Shown here: positions 13,391 to 25,619 of the stretch, one piece after another | Layout: each line of letters opens with the position of its first letter | Position numbering within the stretch: the stretch's first letter is position 1 | Assembly (NCBI RefSeq): GCF_006345805.1 | Contig: NC_043010.1 | Location: 36,642,001 to 36,706,000, forward strand | Direction: 5' to 3' | Length of the DNA: 64,000 nt | Source of the DNA: Octopus sinensis | Lineage: Eukaryota | The notes under the pieces: model-generated | Database searches by the model: none | What the model saw: the letters and a program-made list of their open reading frames with translations, nothing else | What the model was told of the DNA's origin: nothing | Made by a program: the position numbers and the translations under genes

Positions 13391-13575
13391 TATCTGTAAA
13401 TGTAATATGTGACAATTATTCGGTAGCCATGATAAAACTCCGAGTTCATTTTTCATAGTGTTTTCCGATGGCCGGATAACTGAAGAGATGGCGGCGTAGA
13501 TTTCCACCTCGGCATCCGAAACTCGGAGTTTTATCATGGCTACCGAATAATTGTCACATATTACATTTACAGATA
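13391..13575. mobile_element. Fold-back Penelope-like terminal repeat fragment
   Basis: Perfect 56-bp inverted arms (13391-13446 / 13520-13575) overlapping a hammerhead motif, followed by (TA)n. Confidence 0.7.
13471..13540 (+). ncRNA. Type-I hammerhead ribozyme motif
   Basis: Stem I gataa/ttatc (extendable gccg/tggc). CTGAAGA 13480-13486. Stem II gatg/catc with one extra C. GAAA 13518-13521. Quasi-palindromic stem III ACTC-G-GAGT. GUU site ending at 13530. Confidence 0.68.
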
Positions 13576-13689
13576 TATATATATAATAAAGGTAATAAAG
13601 ATTCACAAGTTACTACACAGAGTCCGGTGGAAAATTTGAAATTATACATTAACATGACATACCAATACACAAAGATAATGTTCCTTTGT

Positions 13690-14240
13690 AGATGCAGCAC
13701 CGGGCAGTGGCTCTCATGGATTCTGGTCTTAACTGATTGGAAGTGTTATCGTGTACATTGTTTCGTCTTCGTATAAAAGATGGGATACAGCAAATATTCT
13801 GTTCAATACCACAGATTTGCTTGTCAGTTGTTTGACCTCAACCAGTTGAGCATGTCCCTTACTGGCTGACGATATGTGCATCTCTGATCACGAGCAGAAG
13901 TATTAGGGGAGCATCATAGCTGTGTGTTGAGAGGGATTCTTTGGGGTTTGAGAAATTCACCTCTGGAAACATGGGTGTTTCGTTCAACACCCTTAGACAA
14001 CCCTTATTCAGGGAGCTTTTGAGCGGGATGGGTTATTCGACCTGAAGAAAATTCTAACTGGGTCCCACCTGCAAGGTCATGTGCTGTTTATCTTGATATG
14101 AGATCACAATGTCGCGCATGTATGGTTGTGATGCATGTGCTTGGTGTACCCTTATCAGACAGGTAGTCATGATGGATATACTGGGCTTCGCATATTTTGC
14201 CCCAGTGTCACTTTGAAGGCATGCACTGAACTCTCACTCA
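13690..14240 (+). mobile_element. Element E
   Basis: gatgcagcaccgggcagtggctctcatgg ... ctctcactcAATAATAAT(AAC)n. Confidence 0.88.
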
Positions 14241-14270
14241 ATAATAATAACAACAACAACAACAATAATA

Positions 14271-14322
<52 letters not shown>

Positions 14323-14341
14323 CAACAACAACAACAGCAAC

Positions 14342-14538
14342 TAAGACCAGCAATATAGGGGGGGAGGTTTAGTCGATTACATCGACGCTCAGTGTTCAAC
14401 TAGTACCTATTTTATCGACCTGGAATGGATGAAAGGCAAAGTCAACCTCGACAGAATTTGAACTCGGAATGTTGGGACGAAACAACTGCCACTAAGCATT
14501 TTGCCAGGCGTGCTAACGATTCTGCCAGCTCGCCGCCT

Positions 14539-14610
<72 letters not shown>

Positions 14611-14828
14611 GAACAAGAACAACAACAGTAACTAAGGCCAGCAATATAGGGGGAGGGGTTCAGTCGATTACACCTGCCCTCAGAGTTCAACAGGTACCTA
14701 TTTTGTCGACCTGGAAATGATGAAAGGCACACTTACCCTTGGTAGAATTTGAACTTGGAATGTTGGAACGAACCAACTGCCACCAAGCATTTTTCCAGGC
14801 GTGCTAACGATTCTGCCAGCTCGCCACC

Positions 14829-14830
<2 letters not shown>
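14342..14830 (-). mobile_element. Two tandem diverged SINE B variants separated by (AAT)n
   Basis: About 290-bp unit starting ctaag(a/g)ccagcaatataggggg and ending gattctgccagctcgcc, present twice. Confidence 0.8.
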
Positions 14831-14893
<63 letters not shown>

Positions 14894-15269
14894 CAAAACA
14901 ACAACAAAAACAACGACCATGGTTTCAAACTTTGGCGTAAGGTCAGCAATTTCAGAAGAAAGGAGCTAATCGATTACACCATGAAAAGACAAATAGCAAA
15001 ACTGGCTTCAATTGGATTTGAACGCAAGACTTAAAGATTCGTAACTAAATACCACAAGACAGCAGCACCAACAACACCAGGAGGAGGGGAGGAGAAGGAG
15101 GAGGAGAAAGAGGAGGACGACGACGACGACGATAAAGAGGAGGAGGACAACGATAAAGAGGAGGCGGAGCAGGAGGAGGAGGAGGAGGAGTGGGTCAGTG
15201 ACATTCATTCATGCACCAGAAGATATGCGAGAGTTACAAGTGCAAGACAAAACAAGTGAGAAAACAGAT

Positions 15270-15605
15270 CGATGAAAAGTGGAAGAAGGTCATTGACAGT
15301 AACGATGTCACCACCCTGTGGGTCAACCCATATGAGGACGATGACACCGCTGACACACTTACAGAGATAGAGTGAGATAAAAGGCCGGCAGGACTTTTAT
15401 TATTAACAAGGAGGTGCATACTTATGGATATTGCAATACCATCTGATTAGAAGCACCGCTGTCAATGACACAGACAGAAGACGACCAAATACAGCGATCT
15501 GGAGAACGAAAGCCGCGGGATTATGGAGTGTGAAAAGCGAAATACCGATACGAGATGGCGTAAAAGACGTGCTCGAAGGATTAAGATCGTTCCTGAGACA
15601 TATTA
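15270..15605 (+). pseudogene. Restriction-like endonuclease (RLE) fragment of an R4/Dong-like LINE
   Basis: KVIDSNDVTTLW ... RCILMDIAIPSD*...KTTKYSDLENE/(frameshift)GLWSVKSEIPI...GLRSFLRHI. This matches the DIAIP...K..KY..L..E...W pattern of R4-clade RLE domains and contains stops and frameshifts. Confidence 0.72.
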
Positions 15606-15659
15606 GATTCATAAAAACAGTTTCTCGGTTTCCGTAGCGTATATATATATATATATTCT

Positions 15660-16058
15660 TTTATTCTTTTATTTGACTGCGGCCATGCTGGAGCACCGCC
15701 TTTAGTCGAGCAAATCGACCCCAGGATGTATTCTTTGTAAGCCTAGTACTTATTCTATCAGTCTCTCTTGCCGAACCGCTAGGTGACGGGGACGTAAACA
15801 CACCAGCATCGGTTGTCAAGCGACGTTGGGGGGACAAACACAAACACACAAACATATACATACATATATATATATGTGTATATATGTATATATATATACG
15901 AGCTTCTTTCAGTTTCTGTCTACCGAATCCACTCACAAGGCTTTGGTCAGCCCGAGGCTATAGTAGATGACACTTGCCCAAGGTGTCACGCAGTGGGACT
16001 GAACCTGGAACCATGTGGTTGGTAAGCAAGCTACTTACCACACAGCCACACCTATGCC
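15660..16058 (-). mobile_element. SINE family A
   Basis: Full-length reverse-complement match to 828-1250. Confidence 0.9.
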
Positions 16059-16125
16059 TATATATGTTTGAATAGAATATATATGAGAGGTCGACACAAA
16101 AGTATTCAATCTCACGAGAGTCTAT

Positions 16126-16283
16126 TAGTAATAGAATTCATATTTTCTGATCTGTATCTGCTACCATTGGGTTTCACGCTTACATGTGTACGATCTTCAG
16201 TCATTCGCCTGAGAATCGTATACACGTGTGCGTGAAGCCAAATGGTAGCAGATACAGATCAGAAAATATGAATTCTATTACTA
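16126..16283. mobile_element. Fold-back element with degenerate hammerhead motifs on both arms
   Basis: Inverted arms tagtaatagaattcatattttctgatctgtatctgctaccatt / aatggtagcagatacagatcagaaaatatgaattctattacta. The - strand reads CTGAAGA...cgtGAAACCCAATGGTA and the + strand reads CTGAgaA..cgtatac/gtgtgcg..GAAgCCAAATGGTA. Confidence 0.55.
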
Positions 16284-16287
16284 TATA

Positions 16288-16455
16288 TCTGCCCGAAACA
16301 GTAAGGTCTTCTGGTAACTTGACTGAGGAAAGAAGGCCACGAATGACTCGTCTTTATTTGCCTGTCCTTCTAATTGTTGTGTCTCTTGTCCGCCTTTTTA
16401 TCGTCTATCTGTCCGAATGTTTTATTGTCCTCTATTGCGTTTTTATTCCATTTTT
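16288..16455 (+). repeat. Interspersed repeat P3 (GAAA...CTGANGA family)
   Basis: ctgcccgaaacagta...cttgaCTGAGGAaagaaggc..gaatgactcgtc, homologous to 38505-38810 (-) and 39000-39240 (+). Confidence 0.65.
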
Positions 16456-16477
16456 TATATTTATATATACATATTAT

Positions 16478-16708
16478 TTCTTTATTACCCACAAGGGGCT
16501 AAACACAGAGAGGACAAACAAGGACAAAAAAACGGATTAAGTCGATTATATCGACCCCAGTGCGTAACTGGTACTTATTTAATCGACCCCGAAAGGATGA
16601 AAGGCAAAGTCGACCTCGGCGGAATTTGAACTCAGAACATAACGGCAGACGAAATACGGCAACGCATTTCGCCCGGCGTGCTAGCATTTCTGCCATTTCG
16701 CCGCCTTA
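16478..16708 (-). mobile_element. SINE family B
   Basis: Full-length match to the other B copies. Confidence 0.9.
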
Positions 16709-16999
16709 TTTATATATACATATAGCGGCGTACTTACACACTCGTGCTCACCTTATAGTAGGTATGTATCTAAATTTTGTACGACTCTTTTACTCCATCT
16801 TTTAGACCCAACTTTACATATCGGATCCAGGGTAACATTTTGAGACATTTTTGGGAAAGAGTTGATCTTATATGCCATCTAGTATGGTAATAATTGCAGT
16901 GGTCAATTCCGAGCGCTGGGGCTCTTGAAGAAAGAATTGAAAATGTTCCCCAAGTATATTCCAGGGAGGGCCGGATTAAAACCTATAAATGCCCTAACT

Positions 17000-17207
17000 C
17001 AGTGGTTCCCCAACCTTGTCACAGTGATTTCCAACAGTGGTTCCGAACCCTTTTATTTAAATGAGCTTTCCCACGGACCCCTTTTGATATACTTATCCAT
17101 ATGTGTGTGTGTGTGTGTGTGTGGTGTGTGTGTGCGTGCGCGCGCGTGTATGTGTGTGTGTGTTGCAGACCACTAGGAATCCGCGGACCCCAGGTTGGGA
17201 ACCATTG
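17000..17207. mobile_element. hAT (Charlie-like) MITE
   Basis: TIRs CAGTGGTTCCCCAACC / GGTTGGGAACCATTG. TSD ccctaact (16992-16999) / ccctaaat (17208-17215). Confidence 0.8.
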
Positions 17208-17519
17208 CCCTAAATACTTAAAAGATTTTGGTGCTCCCATATATAAATATATGTAATTGAAAATACAAACAATAATAAACATATAAAACAAATTACTTTT
17301 CAAAGTGAAACAAAACCAACGGTAAGTTGGAAAATGTTTATTTTTGCATACTTCCACTTTATATTTGAGAAGTTTTCTCTTACCGTTTTAATTGCAAAGT
17401 CTTTGATCAGATTCTCAAAATTTATTTTATGTAACGCAACCGCCTCTCTACTTCAAAGCATCCCGAATATCATTTTAGCAAGTTTAAAGTGATTTCTTTT
17501 CTACCGTATGCCATTTACC

Positions 17520-17746
17520 TATTTCTTTATTACCCACAAGGGGCTAAACACAGAGGGAACAAACAAGGACAGACATAGGTATTAAGTCGATTACATCGAC
17601 CCCAGTGCGTAACTGGTACTTAATTTATCGACCCCGAAAGGATGAAAGGCAAAGTCGACCTCGGCGGAATTTGAACTCACAACGTAACGCAGACGAAATA
17701 CCGCTAAGCATTTCGCCCGGCGTGCTAACGTTTCTGCCATTTCGCC
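17520..17746 (-). mobile_element. SINE family B with 16-bp TSD
   Basis: TSD ccgtatgccatttacc at 17504-17519 and 17745-17760. Confidence 0.92.
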
Positions 17747-17934
17747 GTATGCCATTTACCATTTCTGTGATGCCCACCCCTCTTCCCTTCATGCCCTAAG
17801 CACGTGTTTATTTTGCTTAATAGTTAATTCAACGCTACCAGGTCAGAGATTTCTGGGAAATTATCCATAGATGCTGGCCCCCAAATCCTCCGAAACAGGC
17901 GAAACAACTGCTTATCGTCCAAGTGTAATAGATC

Positions 17935-18400
17935 TACCTGGAATCGCACAGGTTTGTGCGTCTCCGACGACAATACAGACAAACATCAACCCTAGGGGCG
18001 AGAATCTTCATCGGGATCTTTAAAATACTGTTGAGCAGCGTTTGGGCCTGAAGTTTGCAATTATGTCCATTTATTATCGGATCTTTTCTGTAGAACGTCA
18101 CTAGCTTTTTTGACTGGGAACAGCCCGCAAGCAACTGCTGAGACAGGGCCGAAGAAGTTGGGCATCTGGAAATATCACTCATAGAGCAAGCATTCCCTTT
18201 ACTAACGATTAACGGCCCACAAAATGGACCAGCAAACTCTTCACTCCATTATCTGAATTCAGCTTTTCACAGCTCTCGGTTGTCCTAAAAGGCATCCAAG
18301 TCTGTTATCTGCCGTTAGCCTTTCATCGAGAACAGATTGGCGAAGAGCTTGCTGTAAAACCGTACTCATCTGTTTGGAATTGATGAGGACACAACAGTAC
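17935..18400 (-). pseudogene. Tx1/L1-clade LINE RT N-terminal fragment
   Basis: Across frameshifts: LLYE*YFQMPNFFGPV, LVTFYRKDP, IANFRP/TLLNSILKIPMKILAPRV, AQTCAIPGR (cf. NWRPITLLN.DYKILAK.LA.RL and DQTC.VPGR). Confidence 0.7.
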
Positions 18401-18529
18401 CGGGGATGGTTAATACTTAGTTATCAAAACCTTTCTGTTAGGCTACGACCGAAATTTGAGAGCTCAACCACCGAGTCTCGCTAAAATTGCACATGTGACC
18501 TACTTTTCTTATGATTTATTCGAGGTCAA

Positions 18530-19085
18530 AGCTTCTCTCTCTCTCTCACTCTCTCTATCTCTCCTTTTGTTTCTGGTTCTTTATCTCTCTCTGTCTCACT
18601 GTCTCCCCTCACTCTCCCTCATTCTCTGTCTGTCTCACTATCTCATTCCCACTCTCTCTTTCTCTCTCTTTTCCTCTCACTGCCTCTCTCTCTTTCTCTC
18701 ACTCTGCTTTCCCGTCTCTCACTGTTTGTCTGTCTGACTCTTATACCATCTCACTCTTGCTCTCTCTCTCTCTCCCCTTCTCTCTGTTTCTCTCTCCTTT
18801 ACTCTGTTTTTTCTCTCTCTCTCACACTTTCTCTTTTCCACCCTCTTTCTTTCTCTGTTTCTGCCTCTGTCTGTCTGCCTGTCTGTCTGTCTGTCTCTCT
18901 CTCTCTCTTTCTCTCTCAATCTTTCCGTGTCTGTCTGTCTGTTTGTCCCTCTCACTATCTCATCCCCCTCTATTTCTCTATTTGATCTCTATCTCCTTCT
19001 CTCTGTTTCTCCGTCCTTTTCTCTGTTTCTCTCTCTCTTTCACACTTTCTCTGTCGCCCCCTCTTTCTTTCTCTGTTTTTGCCTT

Positions 19086-19120
<35 letters not shown>

Positions 19121-19255
19121 CTTTCAGTGTCTGCCTGTCCCTCTCACTATCTCATCCCCCTCTATTTCTCTATTTGATCTCTCTCTCCTTTTCTCTGTTT
19201 CTCTCTCTCTCTCTCACTTTCTCTGTCCCACCCTCTTTCTTTCTCTGTTTTTGCC

Positions 19256-19300
<45 letters not shown>

Positions 19301-19455
19301 GTCTCTCTCTCTCTGTCTCTCTCTCTCTGTCTCTCTTTCTCTCTCACTCTCTCTCTCTCTCTCTCTCTCTCAATCTTTCCGTGTCTGTTTGTCCTTCTCA
19401 CTATCTCGTTCCCCTCTATTTGATCTCTCTCTCTCTCTCTCTCTCTCTCTTTCAA
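18530..19455. repeat. CT-rich low-complexity tract with internal duplications of about 180 bp
   Basis: ccctctcactatctcatccccctctatttctctatttgatct recurs at about 18950, 19140 and, partially, 19395. Confidence 0.85.
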
Positions 19456-20559
19456 TGCCCTTCTGTCTCATCCAGCGTTCCATTGCCATCATCATCCTGG
19501 ACGAAAGCACTCTACCCCAGATATCTTTATTGTCGTTGTTGTTGTTGCTGTTGATGATGAAAATCTGGTTATGACCAAATCGTACCAACCATGACCACTC
19601 CAATTTTTTGTTTCAAACAGTGTAACCAGGACTGCATTAAACGATCTTCTTAGCTGTTTTGCCCCAGGTCACTTTAAGCAGGCTTGTGGCCAAAGATGGT
19701 TCCCTCCGTGACCATCTCATCATATTTTCAAACTTTTTATATCTAGGACTTCACCGCCTAATGTATCTTTTTTCTTTGTTAAGACGGTAGAGTGAGATTT
19801 GAGGGTATCTGCCTGTTGTATCTAGCAAATCAATTAATCGCATAGAAGATCCTTTGCTGACTCCCCCAAACCTCTTTCTTTCTGCTGTTGCTGTTTTATC
19901 ACTGGTCAAGAAGACCAACGATAAAAGGCATTCCAGCCATGACTATCCATCTTTGCTTCAGACATTGCATATCCAGGACTCTGTTGTCTAATGTGTCCAT
20001 TTTTTTTTCAAAAATGGTACAAAGTATAGTTTGATGGAAATTTAACTGTTATTTCTAGCACTCCGAGCGATCTCGTACAAATTTTCTCGTTGGCATCATT
20101 TTGCCGTGGACAAAACTTTTTTCGTCCTACACAGTGCAGCAGATGGCGCTCCGAAAATCTGGGCAATTGAAAGCTCCTTTCTCTAACATCTTTATCTTTA
20201 ACACGCCCTGAACGAAGCAAATACAGAGTGTTATGAGCACCTGAAGATACTCCAGCTGCTGGCGTCTACCCCAAATATCTATGCTTAGTCCGATATGGTA
20301 ACTATGTAAATATGAACAGAGGGAAAGTTCTATATGAAATAAATGCCACGCAGGGTTTGGTTTACTTGTTTTTTGGGAGTGTTTTTTTGCCCCCTCCCAC
20401 GCTTCCCGGGACTTTCTGTAAATACAACGTCAGTGAATGCTTGCGCATCTGCAAACAGAACCCTTCCCTTGCTAGAGTAGGTGTTGAGAGTATATAGATA
20501 TTATGATCAATGACACCTGACAGAATCTGGAGGAGCGAGTACGTACTTCAGTTTGATAG

Positions 20560-20930
20560 GGTCTTGCTAACCAACCACATGGTTCCGGGTTCAGTCCCAC
20601 TGCGTGGCATCTTGAGCAAGTGTCTTCTGCTATAGCCCCGGGCCGACCAATGCCTTGTGAGTGGGTTTGGTAGACGGAAACTGAAAGAAGCCCATCGTAT
20701 ATATGTATATATATATATGTGTGTGTTTGTGTATGTCCCCCTAGCATTGCTTGACAACCGATGCTGGTGTGTTTACGTCCCTGTCACTTAGCAGTTCGGC
20801 AAAAAGAGACCGATAGAATAAGTACTGGGCTTACAAAGAATAAGTCCCGGGGTCGATTTGCTCGACTAAAAGGCGGTGCTCCAGCATGGCCGCAGTCAAA
20901 TGACTGAAACAAGTAAAAAGAGAAAAAAGA
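20560..20930 (+). mobile_element. SINE family A (head slightly truncated)
   Basis: Match from ccaaccacatggttccggg to gaaacaagtaaaaag. Confidence 0.9.
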
Positions 20931-21233
20931 GAGAGAGAGATATGATATTTTATTCCTTATTCTTTGGGGCATGGCTCAGTTACTAGGGGGTAAAAAAACC
21001 CACCACTGTCACGATACATGGATTTGACCAGCTTTGCTCATTCCTTTCAAAAACCCGTTTTTTTTTTTTCATCTTCTCATCCTTTCTAGCTTGTAAATCG
21101 CTACCCTTTTTCCGTTACCTTCACCTAGTTCTCTAATATCAAATTTCTCTTGCTTTATCGTCGCTCTTGTCAACTGCTTCCATTCGTGTTTCTTAACAAG
21201 TTCGCTCCCAACATGCATAAGACGTTGTTCCAC

Positions 21234-21419
21234 TTACTTTTGAACACTTGACTGATATGGTAGCTTTTGCTGCTGCTGCTGCCGTTTATCAGCTGCTGTC
21301 TGAGTGATATCAAACAACACTTCAAGTACTTGAACGTTGTCTGGAGCTGATCTTAAAAACCTCTTCAACAGGCTTTCCTCTGAGATATCATTTGTCAATA
21401 TTACTCTTTTCACTGACAC
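21234..21419 (-). pseudogene. Possible Gypsy gag remnant
   Basis: SEESLLKRFLRSAPDNVQVL...TAADK loosely resembles LLR.LFL.RLP.NVQ.IL...ADK of Gypsy gag. Confidence 0.3.
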
Positions 21420-21624
21420 TTCCAGTTAATGTTAGGGTCTTGTAGGTTTTTAGCGTTAATAGAAAAGACTTCCTTTATCTTACCGTAAGTATACCAAAGT
21501 TTGGAACTAGTAGAAGTACCAAATCCTTGTGGAGTATTGTCTTCATGTAAAGCTGAAATTTATGGCAGTCGTGTTCTATAAAATCTGGTGTAATATATTT
21601 TTGTTACACTTATTGTTCATGGGT

Positions 21625-21925
21625 GGAGACGCAATGGACCAGTGGTTAGGGCAGCGGACGCGCTGGCTGGAGGATCGAGGTTTCGATTCCCAGACCGGCC
21701 GTTGTGTGTGTTTAATGAGCGAAAACACCTAAAAGCTCCACGAGGCTCCGGCAGAGGGTGGTGGCGACTCCTGTTGTACTCTTTCGCCACAACTTTCTCT
21801 CACTGTCTTCCTGGTTCTTGAGTAACGCTGCGATGGACTGGTGTCCCGTCCAGCTGGGGGGAACACATACGCCACAGAAACCAGGAAACCGGGCCCATGA
21901 TCCTGGCTAGGCTTGAAAAGGGCGA
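21625..21925 (+). mobile_element. Chimeric SINE: family C head plus family D tail
   Basis: C head to ctttcgccacaactttctctcact, then ctgcgatggactggtgtcccgtccagctggg...ggaaaccgggcccatga as in the 31177 copy. Confidence 0.8.
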
Positions 21926-23749
21926 CGTTTTTTTTTTATTGTTCATGGAACTTCATTACGACTCGTTTTCGTCGATACTTCAGTATTCCAACAGATTCTT
22001 TAATAGTCTAATAATCATTGTCTTTATTTCTTCTCGCTCTCCAGCAGCATACAGACACATAAGGCATTACCAAAGTACTGGCACCAACGATTGCCAAACC
22101 AGTTCGCTGCCACAAACGTGATCAAGAGGTTACTGCATCTCCCGTCGTTTCAAATATTTTCATCTTGATGATGTTGATAAAAAAAATCTTCGTAGATTTA
22201 CCAGAATCACTGCTTACTACCATTGCCACCCGCTCAAATGTGTGTGCGTGCAGCAGTAACGCGTATCCTCGCCACTTGCCGTCCTTAGCATCTCATCGCA
22301 ACCCTCGGCAAGTGACCACAATATCCGAGTTGTGGCAGTCAACGAAGTGTTGGTCACAGTGAAGACCCAAACGAACAAATACTCTGAGACATACGGAAAA
22401 CAGTTTCTGTTCGAGTGTTTACCATTACCACATTCCAGCCTGGCGGACTTCAAGACCACGTGTATGTTTGCAGACATTAAAGACTGTTTTAGTGGTTATT
22501 CTGCTGTCAGTAATGGTTACAGCGCTGCTGGCCGTGCCGTCTACGATGGTAGTGGTGGTTGTGGTTGCAGTAGTAGCTCGAAGGTGGTAGTTGTTTTTTG
22601 GGGGATGGGATAGAGGTTAAGGCGCTACTTCAATGATGAAGGGGGTATCGGTTAGCTATAAAACCGCACGAAAGCACATGACACCTCCTTTTTGGCATCG
22701 GTCTTTTGACTAGAGCCTACACCTTGACATTCAAAATATCTCCGGGTCCATGAGAAGAGCCACGCCAACCTGCAAGGCACCGTTGTCCAGCTTAGTACCA
22801 CCCCACCCTGTGTCATCGAGAAGCAACAGAGCCAAGCACTGTTCCATGGGTCACTTGGTTGTGTGTGTCTACTAAGCACACAATCTACGTATCTTCCAGC
22901 AACTGTCTCATCCCAATTTTATCGCTGTTTTTTCAATAGCGACACAATTTCAACACCAAAAGCGTCATCTAATCCTTCAGAAAATGCAACGAACGGCCTA
23001 CGAACGAGGGGGATAACTTGATATTGGAAATGAACCTCTGAACCAATATTGTTATAAGCATCGTTTATTGAGAAACGCAAATGAGATATTAATTTTTGGC
23101 GCGAACGCATGGCAGCGGAGAATCCAAGCAATAGTGTATCTGTTCATTCTTAATATACAGCTGGCCTCGTCCCGTCAAAAATGACTGCTAATGGTAGTAT
23201 TTTATTTATAAAAAGGGTACAAAAAGGTGAAAAAAATCAAACAGTGTTTCAACTTTGTGTGTGTGTGTATATGCATGTATGTATATGTAAAAGCGCATGT
23301 CTGTAATTCTATTTTCTATGTATCTTTCTAAACAAACACACACAAACACATATACACTCACTCAAATATATAAATACATTTTACACAAACACACACACAC
23401 AAACATTCACATTTCTCCCTTTTACACGTGTTTTATTCAGCCTATGAACTTTTCAGCTGCCCATCGTATATTGGATGAAATATATGACTGAGATATAATG
23501 TATGCTGTTAGCCTCTGTTCCTTGGATTCTGATAGTTTCGTACTTCCACCGCTCAGGTACCCCTGACCCACTTATCTCTCTTCATCTCGTCACCCTTGTT
23601 ATTCAGCCACTTCTGACACAGTACTAACCGCTAACTCCAGTCATTCCTCCTCAAATCAACCTTCCACTTGAATCTTCTCTGTACACACTTCTTTCTTGCA
23701 GGTGCTGACCTGCTCTAGCATAAAGTTTGTCCACGTTAGTCTACAAGGA

Positions 23750-23955
23750 GCATAGGACCGGTTTCCCCGGTTTCTCAGGCCTATATATTCCTCTTGGGAT
23801 GCGACGTAGTCCATCGCAGAATTTACTCATTTTTACCAGCTGAGTGAACTGGAGCAACGTAAAACGAAACCCAACGCATCGACCGGTCCAGGAATCGAAA
23901 CTACAATCCTTCAATTATGAATCCATCACCCTAACCACAAAACCACGCGCCTCCA
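23750..23955 (-). mobile_element. SINE family D, diverged
   Basis: Reverse complement of ggaggcgcgtgg...gtttcgattcctggaccgg...gttgctccagttcactcagctggtaaaaatgagt. Confidence 0.7.
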
Positions 23956-23974
23956 CAATTATACAGATGAGGGA

Positions 23975-24270
23975 CCGCAAGTAAAATATCACGAATGGTG
24001 TAGGTTTCGTCCAAATCGTCCAATTTTTTTCTTATATTCACTGCGTGAAAGAGGCGAGAGGGTGATACCACAGATGCGATAGTTTCTTTGTTTGGGAAAA
24101 CAATTCTCCCACCTTTTATAATGAAGTACGAGCGTTTAGTTTGGCCAAATTCCATACCTATATCAGCTGAAAAGGTTATTACTTCAATGTTTTTCTTAGA
24201 ATTGTGGCTATTTCCATTGTAGACTTTTAAGTTCTCGACAAATAATTTATATGATTAGATCGAGTTCCCC
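23975..24270 (-). pseudogene. R4/Dong-like RT C-terminal fragment
   Basis: IVENLKVY (cf. YMDDLKLY), ITFSADIGMEFGQTKRSYFIIKGGRI (cf. FS.DIGMEFGLDKCA...KRGK), KLDDLDETY. Confidence 0.7.
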
Positions 24271-24474
24271 TGCTATTGCAAACCTTGGCTTATAATCACT
24301 GGATTTTTTTCTTCTTTCCTTTTTCTGTTTTCTTTTTCTTTTTTTTCTTTCTTTTTTTGGTGGGTGGGGGAGTGGGGGGAGTAGAAGTAACGTTGGATTT
24401 GGTGCCAAGATAAAGAAAACTTTAGGCTGACCACTTCCAAAATCTTTAGAGATAATCTAGTCTTCTATAAAACT

Positions 24475-25005
24475 ATGTGTGTATGTATGTATATATGTAT
24501 GTATATATGTATGTATGTATGTATATATGTATGTATATATTATTTATGTATGTATGTATGTATGCATGTATGTATGTACGTATGTATATATGTATGTATG
24601 TATGCATGTATGTATGTATATATTATTTATGCATGTATGTATGGATGTATGTATGTATGTATGTATGCATGTATGTACGTACACGTACGTATGTATGTAT
24701 GCATCTATGTATGTATCCATGTATGTATGTATGCATGCATTTATGTATATATGTATGCATGCCTATATGTATGTATATGTTCGTATGCACGTACGCGTGC
24801 ATCTTTGAATGCATGTGTGTATGCGTATGTACGTATGTATACATGTATGCATGTATATGTGTATGTATATGTATACATCTATATGTATGTATGCACATAT
24901 GAGTGCGTCTTTATATGTACGAATGTATGCATGCATATATGTATGCATGCGTGTACACGTGTGTTTATGTATGCATGTATGATTGTGTATGTGTATGTAT
25001 ATGGT
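24475..25005. repeat. Degenerate (TATG)n tract
   Basis: Direct observation. Confidence 0.9.
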
Positions 25006-25619
25006 GTATAGAAGAACTCTGTAATTCGTTTATTATGATCACTTTGAAACCGAGATATTTTTTATACATATATGATAATAATAACCAGCTGATATAATCA
25101 AACACAGGATATAACAATATCCTGAGCGTGAATAAGGAGACCATTAAATTTAATAACAATAACCGTTTGATCATAATAAGCGGATCCCACTGTGTTAACA
25201 GAATATAGAGAATGTATATAACTACCGGACATTAGTTATATTTTTTATAACAGTGAATAGTTGTGAAGATTGGAAGATAAACAGTTGTGACAATTAGAGG
25301 GGGTGGGGTGACGGTGATGGTAGCGATGCTGGAAGTGATGGTGGAGGTGGTAGTAGTAGTAGTTACAGGGGAAGCATTGCTCTGGTTGTTGTTGTTGTTG
25401 TTCTTTAGTCATGGGTCAGCCATGATCGATCAAGACCTATGTTCAAAGGAATTTTTCGGTTTGACAATCACGTCATTTTTTTTTACTGACGTGCACGAAA
25501 CCCAGAGCCGTATTCTTCCAAAGTGTACCTTCTTTTCCTATGACAATAGGATGTAATTTAAGGGAGATTTGCTTGCTTCTTCTAGCAGGTCAAGTGACTA
25601 CTTAGAGGTAACTTCTTGT

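Larger units (their letters stand above)
16966..17838. mobile_element. Old hAT-type MITE hosting two nested insertions
   Basis: Left end agggccggattaa...atgccctaa and right end atgccctaagcac...agttaattcaacgct (decayed inverted terminus). Confidence 0.45.

Noticed and set aside
20136-20151. CTCF-like GCAGCAGATGGCGCT
   Set aside because: A single motif that is also common in transposon-derived sequence, with no supporting context.
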